NCBI GenBank assembly: GCA_001001485.1
Contig: LCKO01000010.1
Coordinates: 1 to 58,386, forward strand
Length of the DNA stretch: 58,386 nucleotides
Direction: 5' to 3'
Source: Candidatus Collierbacteria bacterium GW2011_GWB2_45_17
GTDB taxonomy: Bacteria > Patescibacteriota > Microgenomatia > UBA1400 > MFAQ01
Under the pieces are notes generated by a model. That model saw only the letters and a list, made by a program, of their open reading frames with translations. It did not search any database and had not been told where the DNA came from. Below are positions 15,843 to 22,761 of the stretch, piece after piece. How positions within the stretch are numbered: the first letter of the stretch is position 1; every line of letters starts with the position of its first letter. The position numbers were made by a program, and so were the translations under genes.

Positions 15843-16112
15843 CTATTTTTTGCCTAAGAAGAAGTTGTAAAAGTAGGCAAATAGGTAGCCTACTAACCAA
15901 GCGCTCACCGTGGCAGAGACCAGACCAGAGAAAAAGTTCCCCGAGACCAAGTCCGCAGTGCCGAGTTTTTGGAGCGCTATACCGTGGAACCATGACTGCC
16001 CCATGGCGAACATCCAATCGGGAAATAACCCCACCAGAAATCGACAAGCCACAAAGACAACCGCGGTGGTGGCACCGGCGGCGTGGGCAGTTGAAACAGG
16101 ATGGTGTTTCAT
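15843..16112 (-). CDS. small membrane protein (DUF5676-like)
   Basis: 89 aa, two or three hydrophobic helices, convergent with the DUF302 gene. The family assignment is from memory of similar metal-locus proteins and is tentative. Confidence 0.5.
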   Translation of the reverse strand: MKHHPVSTAHAAGATTAVVFVACRFLVGLFPDWMFAMGQSWFHGIALQKLGTADLVSGNFFSGLVSATVSAWLVGYLFAYFYNFFLGKK

Positions 16113-16302
16113 TTTATTTTTGTTATATTAATACCTTAACTGTAGCACTTGAGTAACAAAAGTCAAAAAAAAAAGAAAAGAACCTCTTGCGAGGCCTTTT
16201 CTCGATTTACGATTGCTCGTATCTCTGACCAAAAACTTGCGTTCTTGGCTAACTGTATTTATAAGCCATTGGAGGCTGATTGTCAATAGGCCGTTGTTTA
16301 GG

Positions 16303-16334
16303 CAAAAGAAAACCCCCGCCATGGCGGGGGGTTT
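16303..16334 (-). terminator. rho-independent terminator for 16344..17066
   Basis: CCCCCGCC-ATGG-CGGGGGG hairpin. On the minus strand it is followed by TTTTCTTTTG. Confidence 0.7.
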
Positions 16335-16343
16335 CAAATTCAT

Positions 16344-17066
16344 TTACAGCTTGACGCTGGTGATCTTATCGATCTCGGCCACGAAAGTGGTTCCTTTATG
16401 CGAAAGGTATGTTAGATCGCTTTCGTCCCAGGTAACAACAGCTCCCATAGGGAGAACGCGACAGTAGTTTAATTTTTCTGCTGCTGGCATGTTCTTCCAA
16501 AAAACACGATGGGCAAAGTTTTTGTCACCATAATGGACAGAGGCAACTCCACTTAAGGGGTTGTAACTCAGTACAGTGCCAATCGCCGTGTCTTCGGTTG
16601 CGATGATTGACTCTCTCTGTACAATCGCGAAGAATACGCGGTTGAATTGGCAGAAAATGCCGAGAGAATAAACTTCCCCATTAATACGGATACCGATCAT
16701 GTTGATGGGGAACCGCCCTGAACCAGGATAGCCATTGTATGGCTTAATGTCAATTTTCTTCACGAAGACTGAACTTTCGAGGGTTTGTTCCAGATGGCTT
16801 TTGGCTGCCGGTAGGACGATATTCATTTGTCGAACAAAACCCTTTGGAAGTCTGATGGCTGGAGCTTTGTCCACTGGTTGGATATGGTTATCGAGAGTAA
16901 AGACGCTGAAGTCTTTTTCAGCCTCTACCTCGAGAATGATCTCAACTTTGCCCCTTTGAAATTTACCCAAATATCCATCTCGGGGAGTGATCATCTTACC
17001 GTCAAGGCGAAGTTCTACACGTAAGCCTTTTATGGCTGTTGTTACGGGTGAAGTAAAGATTGTCAT
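16344..17066 (-). CDS. hypothetical protein
   Basis: 240-aa ORF with its own promoter (17148-17176) and terminator. No motif recognised. Confidence 0.6.
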   Translation of the reverse strand: MTIFTSPVTTAIKGLRVELRLDGKMITPRDGYLGKFQRGKVEIILEVEAEKDFSVFTLDNHIQPVDKAPAIRLPKGFVRQMNIVLPAAKSHLEQTLESSVFVKKIDIKPYNGYPGSGRFPINMIGIRINGEVYSLGIFCQFNRVFFAIVQRESIIATEDTAIGTVLSYNPLSGVASVHYGDKNFAHRVFWKNMPAAEKLNYCRVLPMGAVVTWDESDLTYLSHKGTTFVAEIDKITSVKL

Positions 17067-17147
17067 TTTTCTCTCCTTGAGAGTCTTGCTATGGAATTGA
17101 AAGGTACGGTGCGGGCCGAGAGGCCAGCAGAGGAAGCTAACTGGCCT

Positions 17148-17176
17148 ATAATAACATAGGTAGGCTCGCTTGTCAA
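17148..17176 (-). promoter_or_regulatory. sigma70-like promoter for 16344..17066
   Basis: Minus strand reads TTGACA (17176-17171), 17-nt spacer, TATTAT (17153-17148). Confidence 0.55.
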
Positions 17177-17185
17177 GACTATTGA

Positions 17186-17208
17186 CCTGCAGGGCCAGGC
17201 CCTGCAGG
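17186..17208. repeat. REP-A palindrome copy
   Basis: Perfect CCTGCAGGGCCAGGCCCTGCAGG, in the intergenic region. Confidence 0.9.
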
Positions 17209-17223
17209 ATATAAAATCCACCC

Positions 17224-17907
17224 CTAGCTAGGGGTGGATGGAAAGATATTGAAACTAAAGCTGTTCCAGTTGGCTATAGCCCATTTTGGACCAAGTAAGA
17301 GACTAAGCCGATTAATCACAAGTTCTACATCTTCAGGTAAGACGTTGGCTGGTGCAAGACCGATCTCTTTTCTAAAGAACCTGGATTGGTGTTTCACCAG
17401 ACCAGTATTGATTACCTGTAAGGCTTTTCCGGCGAGAGAGTTGATTCTCTGTTCGATCTCGGTATTCACCTCTTCCGGAGTGAGAGCGAGGAGGGGGGCG
17501 AAGTCGAGGTAGTACCAAGACTCGTCTTCATTAAAGGTGACTATCCATCCAAAGGCTTCAAGTATCCACAGAACGAACTCGATAACTCGATTAACCTTGT
17601 CTTTATCCCTATGAATGTAATCTGGGAAAATGTTTGGTCCAAAAGTGAACCGATACCCATTCCGGAAGTCGTAGTTAAAAAGTAACTCGTTACCTGCTCC
17701 AAGTAATAATCCGAGGCTATATTCCTCATTTTTATAGCCGTGGATCTTATGGATTTTGGCGATGTTGGCGGAGATGTCCGAAGAAAGGTTTTCGTAGAAG
17801 TTAAAATTTTTTCCAGATTCACGATCTTCCCTGAAGGTAATTACTTCCTGGGGAGAACAAATAGATATTTCGGTACCGTCAAAGACGAGTTTCATAGAGT
17901 CCTCCAA
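17224..17907 (-). CDS. hypothetical protein
   Basis: 227-aa ORF. No motif recognised. Confidence 0.55.
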   Translation of the reverse strand: MEDSMKLVFDGTEISICSPQEVITFREDRESGKNFNFYENLSSDISANIAKIHKIHGYKNEEYSLGLLLGAGNELLFNYDFRNGYRFTFGPNIFPDYIHRDKDKVNRVIEFVLWILEAFGWIVTFNEDESWYYLDFAPLLALTPEEVNTEIEQRINSLAGKALQVINTGLVKHQSRFFRKEIGLAPANVLPEDVELVINRLSLLLGPKWAIANWNSFSFNIFPSTPS

Positions 17908-17941
17908 TTTTTAAGTTGCGAATGGGGGTATTATACAACGA

Positions 17942-19354
17942 TTACGTCAGCTTGATGGAGCGGATGGAGGCGTGGGAGAGGGGGGAGAAAACGATGGTGT
18001 AGCCGAGGGATTTGGCTTCTTTGAGCATTTTATCGGTGAAGCCGACTTTTCTGATTTCGCCCAGAAGACCGAGCTCGCCGAAGCAGATGGAGTTTTCCGG
18101 CAAGGGTTTGTCTTTGACCGAGGAGACGATGGCTAGAGCGATGCCTAGGTCGGCACCCGGGTCTTTGACCTCCAGGCCGCCAGTGACGTTCACAAAAACG
18201 TCTTTGGTGGCCAGGCTCAGATTTAGGTGCTTGGTGAGGATGGCGCAGATAAGCTGGAGACGGTTTCCCGAGATGCCTTTGGCGATGCGGCGGGGGATGG
18301 GGAGGGGTGAGGCGACCACCAATGCTTGGATCTCGACTGTGAGGGGACGAGTGCCTTCCATGATCATGGTCAAACAGGAGCCTGGAGCATTTTTGACCCG
18401 TCCTTCAAGCAAAATGGCACCCGGGTCTTTGACCTCGTTGAGGCCGCCGCCATCCATGCGGAAGATGCCGGTTTCGTCTGTCGGGCCAAAGCGGTTTTTG
18501 ACGGTACGCAGAAGTCTAAGAAGATGTTGGCGGTCGCCTGAAAGCTCCAGAACAGTGTCCACCATGTGCTCCAGCATTTTGGGGCCGGCGATGTCTCCGT
18601 CCTTCGTCACGTGCCCCACAATGATCAAGGGAACGGAGTGTTCTTTGGCGGCCTGAATGAGAAAGCTGGCACTGTCGCGGATCTGGGAGGGCGAGCCTGG
18701 GGTGGTGGGGTTCGTGACAGTCGAGACGGACTGGATGGAGTCGACAATACATATTAGATCACAGCTCTCAGATTTCAGATCTCGGTTACTAATTGTTGGT
18801 TTAAGGGCGTCAATAATATTTTCCACGCAGGAGGTGTTGAGGAGCTGGATATGATCGGCCTGCGAGGACAGTCCTTGCAGGCGGGTGATGCGGGAGGCTA
18901 CTTGAGCCGGATTTTCCTCGGAACAGACGTATAAAACCCCTCCGGCCTGCTGGCCACCTCCCCTTGACAGGGGAGGTTGAAGCGATAGTGCGAGCTGGGT
19001 GAGAAGGGTGGATTTGCCGATGCCTGGCTGGCCGGCCAGAAGATAGACGCCGCCTTTGGTGAGGCCGGGACCCAGGACACGGTCGAACTCACCGATGCCG
19101 GTAGAAAAGGTGTAGCCGGTTTGGGAAGAAAGAGCTGTTTTGACCGTAAAACTTTCGGCTGGTTTGAGACTAACTTTCTGGCCGGTTTTGGTTCTGGCGG
19201 TTTTGAGGAAGGGAGCGGTCTCGACGAGCGTATTCCACTCGTGGCAAGCAGGGCATTGACCGGCCCACTTGGGCTCTATTGTAGAGCATTCTGCTTGGCT
19301 TGACTTTTTGAGTGTTATGGGGTATAATGCCGGCAGTCTTGTACGTTCGTCCAT
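17942..19354 (-). CDS. radA: DNA repair protein RadA/Sms carrying two in-frame repeat insertions
   Basis: 470 aa. Zinc-ribbon remnant KWAGQCPACHEWNTL, Walker A GQPGIGKSTL, RadA KNRFG motif (TVKNRFGPT), Lon-like C-terminal domain. Confidence 0.9.
   Translation of the reverse strand: MDERTRLPALYPITLKKSSQAECSTIEPKWAGQCPACHEWNTLVETAPFLKTARTKTGQKVSLKPAESFTVKTALSSQTGYTFSTGIGEFDRVLGPGLTKGGVYLLAGQPGIGKSTLLTQLALSLQPPLSRGGGQQAGGVLYVCSEENPAQVASRITRLQGLSSQADHIQLLNTSCVENIIDALKPTISNRDLKSESCDLICIVDSIQSVSTVTNPTTPGSPSQIRDSASFLIQAAKEHSVPLIIVGHVTKDGDIAGPKMLEHMVDTVLELSGDRQHLLRLLRTVKNRFGPTDETGIFRMDGGGLNEVKDPGAILLEGRVKNAPGSCLTMIMEGTRPLTVEIQALVVASPLPIPRRIAKGISGNRLQLICAILTKHLNLSLATKDVFVNVTGGLEVKDPGADLGIALAIVSSVKDKPLPENSICFGELGLLGEIRKVGFTDKMLKEAKSLGYTIVFSPLSHASIRSIKLT
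18858..18880. repeat. REP-B copy inside the radA CDS
   Basis: CCTGCGAGGACAGTCCTTGCAGG (one G:T mismatch in the stem), translated RLQGLSSQAD. Confidence 0.85.
18957..18976. repeat. REP-C palindrome inside the radA CDS
   Basis: CCTCCCCT-TGAC-AGGGGAGG, translated within LSLQPPLSRGGGQQ. Other copies at 24709, 42254 and 42295. Confidence 0.8.
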
Positions 19355-19382
19355 ACCTTAAAATATCCAAAAGGAGACCAAA

Positions 19383-19661
19383 ATGAGCTATATTTTTAAA
19401 ACCCTTGTCGCGACTCTGCCGAAGATTAAGGTAGAGATCTGGGGCTGGAGCCGAGAATTAGGCTCGTGGGTCTGTAAAAAGTCCATGACCATGGACGAGT
19501 GGCTAGCCAGCAGAGAGCTGGCACCATCTGCTTTGAAGGAGAAGGATCTAAGAGGGTTTGCTAAAGACAAATGGATCTTGTGGGAAGGAAAAGCCCTTCT
19601 GCCTACTCCGATCACCAAGATAAGCCTAAAAACTCTCATCTCGCGTAACGTCAGGCCTTAG
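19383..19661 (+). CDS. hypothetical protein
   Basis: 92-aa ORF preceded by a strong RBS (AAAAGGAGACCAAAATG) and followed by a terminator. Confidence 0.55.
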   Translation: MSYIFKTLVATLPKIKVEIWGWSRELGSWVCKKSMTMDEWLASRELAPSALKEKDLRGFAKDKWILWEGKALLPTPITKISLKTLISRNVRP

Positions 19662-19667
19662 ACAAAT

Positions 19668-19696
19668 TCCTCCGGTGAACCCGGGGGATTTTTTTG
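19668..19696 (+). terminator. rho-independent terminator
   Basis: TCCTCCGG-TGAAC-CCGGGGGA hairpin followed by a T7 run. Confidence 0.6.
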
Positions 19697-19734
19697 GCCA
19701 GAGTGCCATATGTATCACGACCTAGACAGTTGAA

Positions 19735-19995
19735 TTAGTGTCTATAAATGTCGTGGGAACCGATGGTGTGAAACCAGACCTCTGAATCATTGACGAAGTC
19801 GAATATGATGCGAGTTTTGAAGTTTACGGAGAATGACCAGGCACCTTTTAGGTTCCCAGTGAGAGAGTGAGTTTTGAGCCTGGTATCAAAGGGATTTGTT
19901 CTAAAAACTACCTCTTTTATTTTGGCCAATTCCTTGAGTTTTTGGGGGAGTTTCCGATACTCTCTTTCAAATTTTGGAGAGTAGTATATCTTCAT
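19735..19995 (-). CDS. type II toxin, RelE/ParE superfamily mRNA interferase
   Basis: 86 aa. MKIYYSPKFEREYRKLP....K......F..NPF...LKTHSLTG.L.G.WSFSV....RIIF matches the RelE/YafQ-like pattern. Adjacent to the antitoxin gene. Confidence 0.75.
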   Translation of the reverse strand: MKIYYSPKFEREYRKLPQKLKELAKIKEVVFRTNPFDTRLKTHSLTGNLKGAWSFSVNFKTRIIFDFVNDSEVWFHTIGSHDIYRH

Positions 19996-20004
19996 TTGAA
20001 GACT

Positions 20005-20220
20005 TTAATCCAGGTCGGCTAAAGACCGGAGGAGTTTTCCCTTTCCCGCCTTCATTTCTTTGCGTGATTGATCGAGTTCTTTGGCTAGCTTGATTTCGCT
20101 CCAATCTCTAAAGAGGGCTCTAAAGAATTCACTTTTGGAGGCGTATTTGCCGGTGGAGATTTCCTTGTTGATTAGGAGTGCCATGGGCTCGGGAAGGGAT
20201 ATGTTCATGATTGTTCTCAT
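20005..20220 (-). CDS. type II antitoxin, ParD/RHH family
   Basis: 71 aa (or start at ATG 20208, MNISLPEP...). ISLPEPMALLINKEISTGKYASKSEFFRALFRDW matches the ParD-type RHH pattern. 9-nt gap to the toxin gene. Confidence 0.75.
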   Translation of the reverse strand: MRTIMNISLPEPMALLINKEISTGKYASKSEFFRALFRDWSEIKLAKELDQSRKEMKAGKGKLLRSLADLD

Positions 20221-20330
20221 AACTGTAATATATTGTATTACAGCCTGTCTGTCAAGAGATGTAGGTGTAATGTGGGCAAAAAAAGCCCCGCGGGTTAGGC
20301 GGGACTGGGGAGAGAACTCGAGAAAGGTGA

Positions 20331-21095
20331 CTATTGAGTGGGTACACAGTAACTGCGGGCGCCGTGGTAATCCAGGCTTGGAGGGTTAAAGCTGGGCTGT
20401 TCTTGGAGGCCGTTGACGTCTACTTGCACCAAAGTGGTTTCTTCGGGAAGGTCAAAGGTGTAGAGCCAGTCCGTGCCATCAGGACGGGGGTTTGTGATCC
20501 TCCAAGCATTTTTGAGGTTACCGTTGAGATAGATACCAATCTGACGGTAGCCCCACCCACCATGGTTCTTAATGAGAACCCGAAGGGTGTTTTGAGTACA
20601 AGTGATGATTTTGTACTCGAAGGGTAAGATAGCTTTTTCACCAGGAACTTCGACCACGGCATATTTATGATATCGACCGTAGGAACTCGAAAAGATGTTG
20701 GGAGCGGGGATAAATAAGGAAACATCTACCAGGGTTTGCCCGGGCACTTCCAGCTTCGGCAAGTGAAAATTGTATGACCGAGTTTCATCTGGTTGAAGGG
20801 GTGCCCCTACGGGCAAGGTAATTCGATGAGAGACACCACGTTCCCAATTTTTTACAATATACATCTTTGGGTTGTAGAGTGGATTGTAAATGGGGGTGAC
20901 TGGTACCCCCTGGTTTTCGAGCCTTACCTCGATACCTTCTGGCTGTACCTCGCTGTTTTCGTTGTTGGTAACGGTGAAGTTACAGATGTTTGCGGTATTA
21001 CAGTCCACAGGTGAAAGGGAGACTTTGAGTGGATTGCACCCTACCAATAATAGAGCGAGAGCGGCTAAAAACCATTTAAGTGATTTTTTCATCAA
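20331..21095 (-). CDS. hypothetical lipoprotein
   Basis: 254 aa. Signal peptide with lipobox LLVGC. Confidence 0.6.
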   Translation of the reverse strand: MMKKSLKWFLAALALLLVGCNPLKVSLSPVDCNTANICNFTVTNNENSEVQPEGIEVRLENQGVPVTPIYNPLYNPKMYIVKNWERGVSHRITLPVGAPLQPDETRSYNFHLPKLEVPGQTLVDVSLFIPAPNIFSSSYGRYHKYAVVEVPGEKAILPFEYKIITCTQNTLRVLIKNHGGWGYRQIGIYLNGNLKNAWRITNPRPDGTDWLYTFDLPEETTLVQVDVNGLQEQPSFNPPSLDYHGARSYCVPTQ

Positions 21096-21167
21096 GATTC
21101 TCCTTGGGGGAAGCCCCCTGAATGGTGGCTAGATAGCCACGAACTAAATTGTCAATTTACAAGTGGA

Positions 21168-21196
21168 ATCATAGCATATTATAAGCTATTTGTCAA
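21168..21196 (-). promoter_or_regulatory. sigma70-like promoter for 20331..21095
   Basis: Minus strand reads TTGACA (21196-21191), 17-nt spacer, TATGAT (21173-21168). Confidence 0.5.
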
Positions 21197-21208
21197 GTCT
21201 TTAGGTAC

Positions 21209-21238
21209 AAAAAGGCCGCGTGGGTACGCGGCATTTTG
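21209..21238. terminator. bidirectional hairpin terminator (serves 21310..21906 on the minus strand)
   Basis: AAAAA-GCCGCG-TGGGTA-CGCGGC-ATTTTG. Confidence 0.55.
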
Positions 21239-21246
21239 AGACGGGT

Positions 21247-21280
21247 GGAGTGAGATCCCTCCACTACGGTCGGGATGACA
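21247..21280 (+). repeat. F-type hairpin element
   Basis: GGAGTGAGATCCCTCCACTACGGTCGGGATGACA. Confidence 0.75.
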
Positions 21281-21309
21281 AGACAAAAAAGCCCCGGCGG
21301 GATGACGGG

Positions 21310-21906
21310 TTAGCCGAGATCGGAGGGATCGTAGGAGACACAGAGCCAGGAGTTATCACCGGTACTTTTGACGAGTTCCAAAGCCAGTCCAAAAAAGATC
21401 ATGGCGGCAATTTCCATGCCGGTCAAGAAAAAGATGTCTTCGGAAAAGGGATAATCTTTGAGAAACTGAAAAACCAGAGCTGTAGATGGATCTTTTTGGA
21501 GGAGATTGCAGGTGGCATTTAGATCGAGTGCTATTTGATCTTGGATACGGAGCGTGTCGAAATGGTGGGTAGTGCTGACTAGCTGTTCGTAAAGGGACAG
21601 CCTTTCTTCCTTGGTAGCCACTTTTTTACAGACAGCTGAGGCTTGAATAGTCTCGAGCGGGTATTGGAAACCCATGATTAAGTTTTGAAGATTCTTTTCG
21701 GTGACTTGATAGGTATTTAGAGTATTGACATCTAAACGGAGAATAACTGCGTAAGTGGTCATGATGGGAGCAATGTTCAAAGCTATGGCCGCGGCTGGTT
21801 CAAAGGTGGGGCTGATTTCGCGGATAACATCATCAATAACGGCGAGATGGTCGAACTGGGGTAAAAAAGGAGAACCTTGGAAAATTAAAGGAAACTGATT
21901 GGTCAT
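21310..21906 (-). CDS. hypothetical protein
   Basis: 198-aa ORF. No motif recognised. Confidence 0.55.
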   Translation of the reverse strand: MTNQFPLIFQGSPFLPQFDHLAVIDDVIREISPTFEPAAAIALNIAPIMTTYAVILRLDVNTLNTYQVTEKNLQNLIMGFQYPLETIQASAVCKKVATKEERLSLYEQLVSTTHHFDTLRIQDQIALDLNATCNLLQKDPSTALVFQFLKDYPFSEDIFFLTGMEIAAMIFFGLALELVKSTGDNSWLCVSYDPSDLG

Positions 21907-22222
21907 GGCGACCTCCTATTTGTAAAGGAACTTCTGGAGGGTATTGTACCAGGTATGGGGTATATTTGGGGAAAAATGAGGCTGGAATTTATATGGGCTG
22001 GGGAGGATATCGGCTATAGGTTGAGAAACTTGACAAGATGTGATATATTTTGGGTATATCAAGTTAATCTTTGAAAAAATATGAAAAATCTGCTCAACCG
22101 ACTGGTGAATAGGCGTAAAAAATCTCTTCGCTGGTCACGCACAATTGCCAGAAGTGTCAGTTCGATTCAGATCTCCAAGATGGGCCAGTTGGGTCAATCT
22201 TTGGTAGTGATGAGCCGATGAT

Positions 22223-22266
22223 GGAGTGAGATTGCCACAGTCGCCTAAGGCGACTTCGCAATGACG
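22223..22266 (+). repeat. E-type hairpin element
   Basis: GGAGTGAGATTGCCACAGTCGCCTAAGGCGACTTCGCAATGACG. Confidence 0.8.
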
Positions 22267-22404
22267 ATCATCGAGACAGAAAAAAAGCAATATCACCGTA
22301 GCCTAACTCGAATGACATTGCTTTTCTTTTTCTAGATATTGTCTGGACAGTAGACTTTATCTGAATACAGAGTAACACTGTAAAAAATAACTGTCAACTG
22401 TAAC

Positions 22405-22478
22405 AAAAGGCCTCAGAGAGAGGAGTGATGACCAGTCGGGCAGGCAGGTCGTCACCCTCACTGTGAGGCTTTTGGGGT
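22405..22478 (+). other. long imperfect hairpin with flanking A/T runs (terminator-like or small RNA)
   Basis: AAAAGGCCTCAGAGAGAGGAGTGATGACC..loop..GGTCGTCACCCTCACTGTGAGGCTTTTGG: roughly 23-bp imperfect stem, about 45 nt upstream of ATG 22522. Confidence 0.3.
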
Positions 22479-22521
22479 AGAACTTAACTTAACAGTTCAA
22501 GAACATTTAAAGGAGAAGATC

Positions 22522-22755
22522 ATGATTGATAAACAGTTTCAGGTAATTGTGTTCCAGACAAATACGTTTGGAAATGAGGTGCTCATAGATGACGGAGTGT
22601 TTGTTGGTAATGACAGTCCCGTTAGAAAGGCCGGCGCTAACGCGTATATCGCGGAACTAGGAAGCAGAGGGTTTAAATTTGTTTCTCAGATCCAGGTAAA
22701 GATGTTCAATGGAGAGTATCGAATAAATTGGGTGTTTGAGCGTCAACTAAACTAG
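22522..22755 (+). CDS. hypothetical protein
   Basis: 77-aa ORF with RBS AAAGGAGAAGATCATG. Confidence 0.5.
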   Translation: MIDKQFQVIVFQTNTFGNEVLIDDGVFVGNDSPVRKAGANAYIAELGSRGFKFVSQIQVKMFNGEYRINWVFERQLN

Positions 22756-22761
22756 TTTTGC

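Noticed and set aside
16128-16467. ORFs 16128..16343 (minus) and 16213..16467 (plus)
   Set aside because: They cover an intergenic region containing a clear terminator hairpin, and one runs antisense into the 16344..17066 gene.
18012-18656. 214-aa plus-strand ORF and neighbours within 18326-19303
   Set aside because: They are antisense to radA, which is GC-rich and so keeps shadow frames open.
17942-19354. Degenerate first Cys of the RadA zinc ribbon (SQAECSTIEPKWAGQCPAC) as a sign of pseudogenisation
   Set aside because: All other RadA motifs and the full length are intact, and three of the four Cys remain. This is insufficient evidence without an ortholog alignment.
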